Positions 34,074 to 43,277 of a stretch of DNA of 52,444 nt are shown one piece after another; position 1 is the first letter of the stretch; the number at the start of each line of letters is the position of its first letter. The position numbers and the translations under genes were made by a program. This stretch comes from a virus. Its lineage: Duplodnaviria; Caudoviricetes. The notes beneath the pieces were generated by a model, which had not been told where the DNA came from, searched no databases, and was given only the letters and a program-made list of their open reading frames with translations. The stretch covers positions 1 to 52,444 of IMG/VR virus record IMGVR_UViG_3300036860_000446. One strand, written 5' to 3'.

Positions 34074-35863
34074 CCCCCGGCTCCGACCTCCTGCTGGAAC
34101 TGGAACGCGACCTGTCGGTGTGCACATTTGCCGAATTGCAGGAGCGCTGGGGTCAGGGCGACCGGAACCTCGTCATCGCGGATCTGGCCCGCAAGGCGCG
34201 GCGCGAGGTCTCCTGGGAACAGGCCGTCCCCGCCGACCACAATCCCATCTACTACACGGCGGAGCGGGCGTACTTTTCCAACAAGAAGGCGAAGGGGAAC
34301 CCGCGGTTTTTGTATGCTCCCTATCACCGCGATCGATTCTGTAAGATGGCGCTTGAGCACATCCTGTCGCCGCCGTCGATAGTCGCGGCTCTCTTGATCC
34401 TTGCGCTCCGGTATTCCTACAAGAGCACCTTCACCCTTGGCGTCATCCCGATGTGGTTCGCGCACCGGTTGAAGCGTCTGCTCGGTCACGATGCCCGGAT
34501 CGTGTTGCGGCACCATAAGGAGGAAATGGCGAGCGGCCATCTCGTCCGCCTGAAGGATAAATACCGTTTCGATCCGTGGACCCGCCGGGTGTGGCACGAC
34601 GCCTGTCCGGCCGAAGGGAGAAGGGACTTCGGCCACTCGACGGCGTTTTCACTCCCATGGATCGGCCGCGGGGAGCAGACCGAAGTCACGTTCCGGGCGA
34701 TTGGCGTGAGCGCGTGCGATACGGGCGCTCACGGCGATCTAGACTGCGGCGACGACATCGTGACGGAAGAGCACCTGAAGTCAAAGTTGGTGCGCCGCGA
34801 TTCCAGGGAACGTTACGAGGCCCGCACCTATCAGTCGGATGACGAAACTCGCGAGATGAACACCGGCACCCCGTACCATCCGGAGGACACCTACGCCTGG
34901 ATGGAGAAGGCCCTGGACGACGACGGGACGCCGATCTACCGCGTGGTCAAGATCCCGGCCATCGCCAAAGAGTGCCCTGATTGCAAACACCCGACCGTAG
35001 ATGATAAGGCGGGCGAGCCGAACCACCTGCGTGCCGGAAAGTGTACGGAGTGCGGCTGCGAATCGACCGCCGCGCTCACGCACCCGTTCAAGTGCTCGTG
35101 GGATTTCCTGAATCGGCGCCGGAAGCAGGAGATGGGGCGCTCGCACAACGATTCCATGTGGCGGAAGCAGTACCAGATCCAGCTCCGCGCGGAATCCGAC
35201 ATGGTGGGCGACTCGTCATGGTTGCGCGAGGCGACGCTGGACGACATCCCCGAGAACGCTTGGCCGGTCCTCCCGGTCGATCCGGCCTGGAAGGGGACGG
35301 CGAACGCCGGGGATGGCGACGCCGCCGCCGGCCAGATGTGGTTCATGGCCCGCCGTGCCGGCGTCATCCTCCGTTATCTGGTGGACGGCTTCCACTCGCG
35401 CCTGCTATCGAGCAACGAGGGCACCGAGGAGATGTTTCGGCTGATGCAGAAATGGAACTGCCGGGCGACGGCTCCAGAGGAGCACGGCGGGCAGGAATTC
35501 CGGCAGAAGATCCGTGACCACGCGACCGCGCTGGGCTACACGGTCACCCTGATCGACCTCAAGCTCAAGCAGACGGCGAAATGGCAGCGGATGTTGGCGT
35601 TCTTGCGGGAGGCCGAGAAGGGGACGGTGTTCTACGTGCCCGAGACCGTCCCGCCGGAGGTGTTGCAGGCCCTCCGCGACCAGATGGACGGCTATCACCC
35701 CGAAATGGACGACGACGACGCGCTGGACTGCGCCGGCTACTCCATGGACCCGAATATCGCCAAGAACTGGGCGCCCGCCTGGAACTCCGGCCAGCAGAAC
35801 GCCAGCGCATCCCGCCGTCCGCGTTCCCAGGAGGTGCCCAGAACACGTCACTGCTCTTTGTGA
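34070..35863 (+). CDS. terL: Terminase large subunit B
   Basis: LRYSYKST (variant Walker A), TGAHGDLDCGDDIV, GTPYHPED, KQYQ, VDPA, DDALDC. Confidence 0.85.
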   Translation: MTPGSDLLLELERDLSVCTFAELQERWGQGDRNLVIADLARKARREVSWEQAVPADHNPIYYTAERAYFSNKKAKGNPRFLYAPYHRDRFCKMALEHILSPPSIVAALLILALRYSYKSTFTLGVIPMWFAHRLKRLLGHDARIVLRHHKEEMASGHLVRLKDKYRFDPWTRRVWHDACPAEGRRDFGHSTAFSLPWIGRGEQTEVTFRAIGVSACDTGAHGDLDCGDDIVTEEHLKSKLVRRDSRERYEARTYQSDDETREMNTGTPYHPEDTYAWMEKALDDDGTPIYRVVKIPAIAKECPDCKHPTVDDKAGEPNHLRAGKCTECGCESTAALTHPFKCSWDFLNRRRKQEMGRSHNDSMWRKQYQIQLRAESDMVGDSSWLREATLDDIPENAWPVLPVDPAWKGTANAGDGDAAAGQMWFMARRAGVILRYLVDGFHSRLLSSNEGTEEMFRLMQKWNCRATAPEEHGGQEFRQKIRDHATALGYTVTLIDLKLKQTAKWQRMLAFLREAEKGTVFYVPETVPPEVLQALRDQMDGYHPEMDDDDALDCAGYSMDPNIAKNWAPAWNSGQQNASASRRPRSQEVPRTRHCSL

Positions 35864-35869
35864 GTAGGC

Positions 35870-35899
35870 TTGACAAGCAATTCCATATAGGCGTACCGT
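35870..35899 (+). promoter_or_regulatory. Sigma70-like promoter after terL B
   Basis: TTGACA-N18-TACCGT, in the same position as the promoter after terL A. Confidence 0.5.
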
Positions 35900-36032
35900 T
35901 GTCAGTGGGTATGGATGCGCTACACGGGCGCATAGGCAATCCGGAGCCGAAATCCGGATGAAAGAGGACGACCCCAGCGTCCGTAGACGGCCGGGGGACT
36001 CACAAGGTCCCCCGCGAGCCATAGGAGGCTAG

Positions 36033-36434
36033 ATGGGCAGGATTCAGCGCCCCAACCTGTGGGTCCAGCAGATCCTCACCACAGCGATCGGCAGTTCGGA
36101 CGCCACGACCCTCTTCGACATCATCGTCCCGGGCGACTACGCCACCCTCGTGGCCGTGGTCGCAACCCAGAAGACCGCGGGTGCCACCACCGGGACATTC
36201 TCGATCCAGATCATGGCCGGGGCTGCCGACGCCGCGAACGTGGCGATTGGGGACGCCAGCTCCGGAACCTTCATCGACGCCGATGCCGTGGCCGGAACGG
36301 TTCACGGGCTTTTCAAGCCGAACGGCCGGGCCGTCTCGGATGCAATGGGCCAGCACATCGGGATCAAGACCGTGAAAACCGGAACAGTATCTACCGGGGC
36401 CGTCCTGTTGCTGCAACTCTTCTGGCAGCTGTAA
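36033..36434 (+). CDS. Putative virion beta-sandwich protein
   Basis: 133 aa, Thr/Ala/Gly-rich; AGGAGG RBS. Confidence 0.65.
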   Translation: MGRIQRPNLWVQQILTTAIGSSDATTLFDIIVPGDYATLVAVVATQKTAGATTGTFSIQIMAGAADAANVAIGDASSGTFIDADAVAGTVHGLFKPNGRAVSDAMGQHIGIKTVKTGTVSTGAVLLLQLFWQL

Positions 36435-36444
36435 GGAGCGACCC

Positions 36445-36774
36445 GTGCCGGTCATCCAGATTGACGTGAACGCAACGGCCGACGGTGACAACACGGTGAT
36501 CGCTGCCCCAGCCGCAGGACTCCGCATCGAAGTCCTGTCGTACCACCTGACGAACAACACGGCAACCGCCGGCGCCGTTCTGTTCAAGAGCGGCGCGAAT
36601 ACGATCGGGCGGACACATCTCGCCTCGAACGCGACGAACCCGGTCATTTCCCAGAACGGCAAACGTGAAGTCCCGGTGTTCATCTGCAATGCGGCGGAAG
36701 CGTTCATCATCAACACGACCGCTGGGCAGGATGTGGTGGGACACCTGACCTATATCATCAGGTCGGACGAATGA
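36445..36774 (+). CDS. Putative virion beta-sandwich protein
   Basis: 109 aa, GDNTVIAAPAAGLRIEVLSY; AAGGAG RBS. Confidence 0.65.
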   Translation: MPVIQIDVNATADGDNTVIAAPAAGLRIEVLSYHLTNNTATAGAVLFKSGANTIGRTHLASNATNPVISQNGKREVPVFICNAAEAFIINTTAGQDVVGHLTYIIRSDE

Positions 36775-36896
36775 CCCTGTCCTTCCTTCCCGGCTGGCGT
36801 GACAAGCCGCTCGTGGCGATGACACCGGCCGAGATCGAGCGGTTCTTCGATGAGAAAGTGGCGCTGGTTCTGGCGCCGACGAAGGTGACGCACTAG
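36771..36896 (+). CDS. 41-aa microprotein
   Basis: ATGA-coupled; MTLSFLPGWRDKPLVAMTPAEIERFFDEK... Confidence 0.45.
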   Translation: MTLSFLPGWRDKPLVAMTPAEIERFFDEKVALVLAPTKVTH

Positions 36897-36940
36897 ACGT
36901 ACCGCACGCCGTCCGACGGGACGGAGCGGCACAGACCACG

Positions 36941-36998
36941 AAGAGAAAAGGGCGGCCTTGCAGGGGCCTGCAAACCCTGCGGCCGCCCTTTCTCTTTT
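36941..36998 (+). terminator. Long hairpin / intrinsic terminator candidate
   Basis: AAGAGAAAAGGGCGGCC ... GGCCGCCCTTTCTCTTTT. Confidence 0.55.
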
Positions 36999-37006
36999 GG
37001 AGCGAC

Positions 37007-37278
37007 ATGGCCGACGAACCGACGCCCGACCCTGAGCCGACGCGAACGCCAGTTGAGCCGGAGCCCGCCCCGACCCATACGACGCTGTTCCCGAACCCGG
37101 TGAAGGTCATCTACGACTGATGCGGAAGCGACCCAGGATCAGCAAGGCCAAGGCGCGGGAAATGTTGCGGAACCCGCCGCACGGTCGTCCGCTCACGAAG
37201 CCGCAACGCGGTTTGTTCGGAGTCATCGCCTCGGGGCTGCCGCTTCGCGGCTTGCGCATCACGCGCCATAAGAGATAG
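37007..37278 (+). CDS. Two microproteins (37007-37120 Pro/Glu-rich; 37120-37278 basic)
   Basis: MADEPTPDPEPT... (37 aa) and MRKRPRISKAKAREMLRNPPHGRPLTKPQRGLFGVIASG... (52 aa). Confidence 0.55.
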
Positions 37279-37281
37279 CGA

Positions 37282-39162
37282 ATGGACCCACAATCCACGG
37301 CAACCGCGCCGGCTGTACGCGAAGGCAACGAGACGCAGCGGCAGGATGAAACCAGATTCGTCCTCGATTTCGTTGAACAGTCGGCACGCGCCCGCAACCC
37401 CTACATGCCAACGTGGGAAGAGATCCTCAACAACTATCTTGTCGTTCCTTATGGGGCGGACGATCGATCCTTCTACACGGCTTCGGTCGCAGGATCGGCC
37501 ACACATACCCTGCGCAGAGACCGCCGCGCCCGCCTGAAAGACCCGGAAACCCATCAGATCGTTGAGACCATCACATCGCAGGCGATCGATCTCCTGCTGG
37601 GACAGCGGGAATACATCGCCGCGATTCCGACTGCGACCGGCAGTTATGACCGCGCACGGCTGATCGGCAACGTGCTGATGGCGTTTTTCGAGCAGCCCGG
37701 GATCTGGACGACGCATTACCAGCTCTTCAAAGACGCCTTCCTGTTTGGGACCGCCATACTCGAGATCGGCTGGGAGAGCCGCGCCCGTTTGCAGTACGTC
37801 CGCGGCAGCAAGGAACCGGAGCGCGTCATCTACCGTGACCAGCCGCTTCATCGTCCCGTGGACATCTGGAAGTTTTATCCGGACCCATCGGGCACCTCTA
37901 TCCAGCGCGACATGATCGGTTGCGCCAAGGAGTTCGAGATCACCATCCAGGAGGCCCGCCGCCTCGCGGAACCGTCCGAAGACGGAGAGCCGGGCGTGTA
38001 CGACAAAGACGACGTGGAGGCCGCGATTCTCGCCTACCGCGAACGCTGTGAAGACCAGCGCAAGCGTTTCCCCAGCATCTCCCGCCAGATGCCAGAGCGG
38101 TTCCAGACGATGAAGGGCCTCGAATACTGGGGCGAATCGCCAGAGAAGGCGTCGGACGGCATGAGCAACCGCGTGATCACCCTGCTCAACGGCGTCCGCG
38201 TCCGCTCGCGCGGCAACGTCTATTGGGATGGCAACATTCCCTTCAAAGAGATTGTCGTCAACCCGATTGCCGGTCGATTCTGGGGCCTCTCCCCAGCCGA
38301 GGTCATCCGTTACCTTCAGGATTCCGCTGACAACATGCTGATGGTGCTGAACGACGCCGCCGATCTGGCCGTGCGCGGCCCGCTCCTGGTAGGCGCTGCG
38401 TTCGGCGGGAACCCCGATCAGCTCCGGGATCGCATGCTGGGCGACATCATCAATTGCACGGACCCAAAGATGGTGGGAACGGTTCCGGTCGATCTGAATG
38501 CGCTTCAGTTCGCGGCGCTTGACTACATGCGGCGCAAGCAGAGCATGCGCGAGGCCACCGGAGCGACCGATACGCCACAGGCCATCGGCGGTGGCGGCCA
38601 AGGCGGCGTTGACAAAACGGCGACTGAGGCGAGCCTGTTGTATCAGGCGGCCTCCCGGCGCGTCATCCAGATGGTCCTGCCGATCGAAAAAGACGCCTAT
38701 CCGTGGATCGGCAAAACAACGCATTCCAGGATGCGCCAGTTCATCGACGCCGACACGATCGTGGCGACCCTCGGCGGCCAGGCCCAGGAAATTCCCTTTG
38801 CAGAGATCGATAACGACGCCGACGTACGCTTCGTTGGATCGCGCCATGCCGGAAGCAAATTCCAGAAGGCGGTCCAGAACCGCCAGATGGCCGAAGTCCT
38901 GGGGAGCGACCGCGGCGAGCGTTTGGCCCTGCTCGCCCCCGAAGTGCTGGTCCGCTGGTTCCGTGACGGCATGGAGATTCCGGATGCTGAGGCCATTGTT
39001 GAGCGCATGACGGACCGCGCTTTGGCGCTCAAGCGGCTCTCGATCATGTCGCAGGGACAGGGCGGGCCACTCGGCTCCGTACCAACGGAGCAGTTCGAGG
39101 CCGACGAGACGTTCGGGACGCTCCCCGGCGAGGCGGAGCAGCAGGGCGAGGCCATTCAATGA
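37282..39162 (+). CDS. Portal protein B
   Basis: 626 aa. FGTAILEIGW, DIWKFYPDP, IPF...NPIAGRFWGLS, REATGAT...KTATEA. Confidence 0.88.
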   Translation: MDPQSTATAPAVREGNETQRQDETRFVLDFVEQSARARNPYMPTWEEILNNYLVVPYGADDRSFYTASVAGSATHTLRRDRRARLKDPETHQIVETITSQAIDLLLGQREYIAAIPTATGSYDRARLIGNVLMAFFEQPGIWTTHYQLFKDAFLFGTAILEIGWESRARLQYVRGSKEPERVIYRDQPLHRPVDIWKFYPDPSGTSIQRDMIGCAKEFEITIQEARRLAEPSEDGEPGVYDKDDVEAAILAYRERCEDQRKRFPSISRQMPERFQTMKGLEYWGESPEKASDGMSNRVITLLNGVRVRSRGNVYWDGNIPFKEIVVNPIAGRFWGLSPAEVIRYLQDSADNMLMVLNDAADLAVRGPLLVGAAFGGNPDQLRDRMLGDIINCTDPKMVGTVPVDLNALQFAALDYMRRKQSMREATGATDTPQAIGGGGQGGVDKTATEASLLYQAASRRVIQMVLPIEKDAYPWIGKTTHSRMRQFIDADTIVATLGGQAQEIPFAEIDNDADVRFVGSRHAGSKFQKAVQNRQMAEVLGSDRGERLALLAPEVLVRWFRDGMEIPDAEAIVERMTDRALALKRLSIMSQGQGGPLGSVPTEQFEADETFGTLPGEAEQQGEAIQ

Positions 39163-39476
39163 ACGAGATCGTTGAGAAGGTGACCGAGCGTTTCCATCGC
39201 GTTCTTGAGATGGCACGGGGTCCGCGACGGGTACAGCAGGAGGCCGCGAAGCGCGAACCGACGCCCGACGAGAAACTGGCCCGGTCTCTGGGCGACTGGC
39301 TTGCCGCAGATGAAGCATCGTTGCTGGTGAGATGGCTCAATGACCAGGCAGGAAAAGCAAACGTGACCGCGCACACACAGCGCGCAAGCCACGCCGATCA
39401 GAACTATGCGCTCGGCCAAGAAGCCGCGTACCGGGCCGTCGCGCAGCGCATCAGGCTGATTCGCGGCGACAAATAG
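39159..39476 (+). CDS. Small helical protein between portal and scaffold
   Basis: 105 aa, ATGA-coupled. Confidence 0.6.
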   Translation: MNEIVEKVTERFHRVLEMARGPRRVQQEAAKREPTPDEKLARSLGDWLAADEASLLVRWLNDQAGKANVTAHTQRASHADQNYALGQEAAYRAVAQRIRLIRGDK

Positions 39477-39514
39477 AGCGGCAACCGCTTCGGCGGCCCG
39501 CAGGAGATCCAAGA

Positions 39515-40267
39515 ATGGTGGAACCGACAGCATCGTCGCAAGCATCCACGAGCGCCCCGGCTGGCGCTGGACAGCCGGAAGCCGGTTCGGGAACCGCCGG
39601 GAAACCTGCGGCCGCGCCGGCGTCCCCCGGAATCGACCCGGAGGCCCTGTCGAAGACCATCTCGAAGCAGATTCAGGATGGCTTCGCCAACCTGTGGCGG
39701 GGAATCGAATCCGCGACGGACAAGAAGATCGAAGCACGGCTGCGGCGGGAGCGTGAACCCCGCTCGCGACGCACGACGGAGGAAGAGGACGATCTGGGTC
39801 TGGGCGATCCGGAGGAGCGCACTACGCCGCGCGACCGCCGGGCAACCGACCGCGAGGACAGACGACCGAGCCGAGACCATGCCCGCGATACGCGCGACGC
39901 CATCCGCGATTTCCGGCAGGAAAACGAGAACTGGCGCGAGCTGTTGCCGCAGGTCATGGAGATCGCCAACGACCCGCAGAGGGCTCGCCCCTTCCGCGTT
40001 GTCGGTGACGACGGCGAAGTCGATTATCTGTCTTCGCTCAACGCGATCCGTGACAACCTCGAACTCCAGGCGTACCGCGAGCAGAAGGCGAAGGCCGCGA
40101 CCGACCGCAAGGAAGACAGAGAACGCCAGAAACGCGACGCCGCGATTAGCGGCAGCGGAGCCTCCGGCGGCGAAGAGGACGTGTCCAACCTGACGGACGA
40201 CGAACTTCTGGCCCGCATGGAGAAAGAAGGGCTCATCAGCGAGACCGACCCGCTCCGCAAACGCTGA
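39515..40267 (+). CDS. Capsid scaffolding protein B
   Basis: 250 aa, highly charged and disordered, directly before the MCP. Confidence 0.7.
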   Translation: MVEPTASSQASTSAPAGAGQPEAGSGTAGKPAAAPASPGIDPEALSKTISKQIQDGFANLWRGIESATDKKIEARLRREREPRSRRTTEEEDDLGLGDPEERTTPRDRRATDREDRRPSRDHARDTRDAIRDFRQENENWRELLPQVMEIANDPQRARPFRVVGDDGEVDYLSSLNAIRDNLELQAYREQKAKAATDRKEDRERQKRDAAISGSGASGGEEDVSNLTDDELLARMEKEGLISETDPLRKR

Positions 40268-40284
40268 GACCGGCAGAGGATTAA

Positions 40285-41208
40285 ATGGCCATCACACGGA
40301 TGGGGACCGGGACCACCAATCTCGGTCCCAACCTGCTCACGACCTACTTGAATCGCAGGTTCGTGAGCGTCCTGCGCGCTTCGCTCGTCGCGGCCGCGCT
40401 GGGCATGCCGTCCGACATGGGCGCGAACGACGGGACCACGGTCCGCTGGCAGTTCTTCAGCCAGCCGGCCGCCGTCACGACAACCCTGACGGAAGGCTCC
40501 GACCCGACGAACTCGGCGGACTTCACCACGACCACGGTGACCGGGACGCTCGGGGAGTACGGCAGCTACACCGACGTGTCGAAGTTCCTGCTCCGGACCG
40601 GGCTGACCGGGACGAAGCAGGAGATGGTGGACGGTCTGGCCTACATGGCGGCCATCTCCATCGACACGCTCTCGATCGGCGAGATCGATGGATCGACAAC
40701 CTCCGTCGATTCGGGAACGGCACTCACGGCGGAATCGGTCCGGCAGGCGGTCGCGGCCTTGCTCGACAACAACTGCAAGCCGCACCGCAAGACTCCCGGC
40801 CTATTCCCGCTCCTAGTCACCACGGACGCCGCCTACGACATGATGGGCGAGGGCGCACCGACGTGGTTCCAGGCGAAGTCCGATCTGTACCAGCAGTCTC
40901 TCCAGCAGCCGTTCCAGAACACGCCCGCGTCGGCAACGCTCTACGGGGCGACCGTCCGGACGACCAACAATGTTCAGGTGGATACGGCCCCCACGCCGGA
41001 TGACGAGCTGGGGGTGCTGGTGGCCGATGATTCGTTCGGCATCGCGTCTCTCGACACCGACGTGATGCAGCCCGAGATCATCATCACGAACCCCGAAGAG
41101 AACGTCGGGGCTCCGCTGCGCAACCGCGGGACGATGGGCTGGTGGGTTCTTTTTGTGGCCAAGCTCTTCGCGAATGCGAGGGTCGTTGTAGTCAAGGCCG
41201 ATATTTGA
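40285..41208 (+). CDS. Major capsid protein B (N4-gp56-like)
   Basis: GTTVRW, LTEGSDP, GTLGEYGSYTDVS, AAISIDTL, PLRNRGTMGW. Confidence 0.85.
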   Translation: MAITRMGTGTTNLGPNLLTTYLNRRFVSVLRASLVAAALGMPSDMGANDGTTVRWQFFSQPAAVTTTLTEGSDPTNSADFTTTTVTGTLGEYGSYTDVSKFLLRTGLTGTKQEMVDGLAYMAAISIDTLSIGEIDGSTTSVDSGTALTAESVRQAVAALLDNNCKPHRKTPGLFPLLVTTDAAYDMMGEGAPTWFQAKSDLYQQSLQQPFQNTPASATLYGATVRTTNNVQVDTAPTPDDELGVLVADDSFGIASLDTDVMQPEIIITNPEENVGAPLRNRGTMGWWVLFVAKLFANARVVVVKADI

Positions 41209-41227
41209 TCGGCTGAGGACTCATCGC

Positions 41228-42034
41228 GTGGGATGGGCGGAACGATCGAAGAAGAACCAAGGGGGCGGGCCACGCACCGCCCCCAAAGTGCTGATCTGCA
41301 TCCCGTCGGTTGATCACACGGTCACGGTGCCGATCATGCACTTGATAGCAACGCTGATGCGGGATGCGCCGACCACCTTCCATCTCCCCAAAAGTTTGTG
41401 TGGCAAGCGCACGATCGCCGAGCCGCGCAATCGTCTTCTGGCGCGCTTCCGGGAAACCGGCGACAATCCGGAAGACGCGCTCTGGTTCATCGACGCTGAC
41501 GTGATCCCATCCAACAACACGGCTCGCTTGTTCCCGCATCTGGCCGATCCGGCGATTGACATCTGGGGAGGCATCTACCCGCTGGTGGCGCGCGGATCGG
41601 GCGAGACCGATCCGCTCGATATCACCTGGACAATGTACGACGAGAAGGATGGTCACTTCATACCTGCTGAACCCGACGAGTCGAAGGACTTGCAGGAGGT
41701 CGGCGGTCTCGGAACGGGATGCATGTTCATCCGGCGTCGCGTTCTGGACGATCCGGCGCTCCATCTCACCGAGGATTTCAAGGGTGTTCCCTGTGTGTTT
41801 CAGACGACGCACCACCCGGATGGGTCGGTGAACTACTCCGATGACCTGGACTTCTGCCTGCGCGCCCGCAAGGCTGGATATCGCATTTGGGCCAATCCTC
41901 ATGTGAAGTGGGGCCATCGGAAGGCGGGGGACGTTCGTGATTCATTCGAGCTTGGAGCTGCGGCCTTCGCCGCCGGCTACCAGCACCGACAGAACGAAGA
42001 GGAGCGCGACAAGCCGCGCATCGTGAGCGCCTGA
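41228..42034 (+). CDS. GT-A fold (GT2-like) glycosyltransferase
   Basis: VLICIPS, PRNRL, LWFIDAD (DxD), GTGCMFIRR, SDDLDFCLRARKAGY...GH. Confidence 0.8.
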   Translation: MGWAERSKKNQGGGPRTAPKVLICIPSVDHTVTVPIMHLIATLMRDAPTTFHLPKSLCGKRTIAEPRNRLLARFRETGDNPEDALWFIDADVIPSNNTARLFPHLADPAIDIWGGIYPLVARGSGETDPLDITWTMYDEKDGHFIPAEPDESKDLQEVGGLGTGCMFIRRRVLDDPALHLTEDFKGVPCVFQTTHHPDGSVNYSDDLDFCLRARKAGYRIWANPHVKWGHRKAGDVRDSFELGAAAFAAGYQHRQNEEERDKPRIVSA

Positions 42035-42648
42035 TGCCGATCCCTCGAACGCCCATCCTGTGCGCCCCCTCGAACGCGATCAGCCCGTTGGGAACCGGCA
42101 TGCCATCAAGCGATCTCATCAAGGGGCTGCGCGTGCTCAACCCGCGGATCTACATCCCGATGCCCGAGCACTACCGTGAATGGTATCCGGGCCAGCGCGC
42201 CGGTCAGACCTGCATCTGGCTTGGGCATCCGGCCGCCGAAGGCTCCGATAAAATCTGCGCCTTTCATCTCGGGATGATTCCGGAGTGGACGCAGGTCGGG
42301 CCCGACAAGGTCATGATCGCACGCGGCTGGCGTTCGATTCTCGATCTCTGCATCCGGCGCCGCGTCGCGGCCAAGCGGGCCGTTGAGCGCGTCTTCAACG
42401 TCCGGATGGACATCGACGGCAAAGATGGCCTCTGCAGGATTTGCCGCAAGGATGGGCTCAAGAGTCCGGTGGACGGCAAGGCCGACGTCTGTGTGGCACA
42501 CCGTCACGCGGCCATGAATCTTAATCAGCATCGGGAAAACAAAAAGGAAGCGGCCTGGAAGCAGGAACATCCTCCCGGGCCCAAGCGCGGACCGTACATC
42601 TTCCATCACAGGAGACCCCAGCATGCTTCGCAAGCGCAGCCTCAGTGA
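42034..42648 (+). CDS. Hypothetical protein with a CxxC...CxxH motif
   Basis: 204 aa, coupled; RGWRSIL, CRIC...CVAH. Confidence 0.6.
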   Translation: MPIPRTPILCAPSNAISPLGTGMPSSDLIKGLRVLNPRIYIPMPEHYREWYPGQRAGQTCIWLGHPAAEGSDKICAFHLGMIPEWTQVGPDKVMIARGWRSILDLCIRRRVAAKRAVERVFNVRMDIDGKDGLCRICRKDGLKSPVDGKADVCVAHRHAAMNLNQHRENKKEAAWKQEHPPGPKRGPYIFHHRRPQHASQAQPQ

Positions 42649-43276
42649 GGTTCACGACCTGCAAATCTTCGATGGGCCGACCGTCATTCTCCGTGGCCAT
42701 CCGAGCCGCGGGATTCCGCGCGACTCGCAGATCCGGATCGCTACCGCGGAAGGTCAGTTCGTCGTGGAGGACACGGCGACAAAGGAATTCGCCTTCACCG
42801 GCGATCCCGGACGCTACGTCTACAGCATCCGGAAGCACTACCCGAGGACGAAGCGGGGCCTCCGGTATGTCGCCGAATTCCTGATCGGGATGACCGTGAA
42901 ACAGTGGGAGGCGATGGAATACATGGAGCCTTCGTTCTCGCACGTCCGCCAAACCACGAAGGGGCCTCGCTGGAAGTGCGGCGCCCTCGGCTGCGGCAAC
43001 ACGGCGATCTCAAAGATTTCTGCCATGGAGCACGAGGCCTCACACAGGGGCAAGAGTTTCCTCGAGGCCGTGGACGCCAAGGCCCTGGAACAGGAACTGC
43101 AAGACGCAACCGGAGAGATTCCTATGGAGCCGAGCGTCCCGCAGCTTTCCACGCGCGACCGCCAGGAGATCGCCGAAATGAACAAGGCGCCGGAAGTGGT
43201 CCGTCGCCGCGCCGGTCGGCCGCGCAAGAACCCCAAGGGCGACTGGACGAACGTGCCGGGAATCGAGGAGACGTAA
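42623..43276 (+). CDS. Protein with C2H2-like finger and AT-hook-like motif
   Basis: WKCGALGC...EHEASH; RRAGRPRK. Confidence 0.6.
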   Translation: MLRKRSLSEVHDLQIFDGPTVILRGHPSRGIPRDSQIRIATAEGQFVVEDTATKEFAFTGDPGRYVYSIRKHYPRTKRGLRYVAEFLIGMTVKQWEAMEYMEPSFSHVRQTTKGPRWKCGALGCGNTAISKISAMEHEASHRGKSFLEAVDAKALEQELQDATGEIPMEPSVPQLSTRDRQEIAEMNKAPEVVRRRAGRPRKNPKGDWTNVPGIEET

Positions 43277-43277
43277 T

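Noticed and set aside
35930-35970. c-di-GMP-I riboswitch resemblance (GGCAA...GAAA)
   Set aside because: Lacks the GACGCAAAGC junction and the second conserved stem
37111-39318. 735-aa minus-strand ORF
   Set aside because: Antisense shadow of the high-GC portal gene, with no motifs. The same applies to 47743-49194 and 23440-24687.
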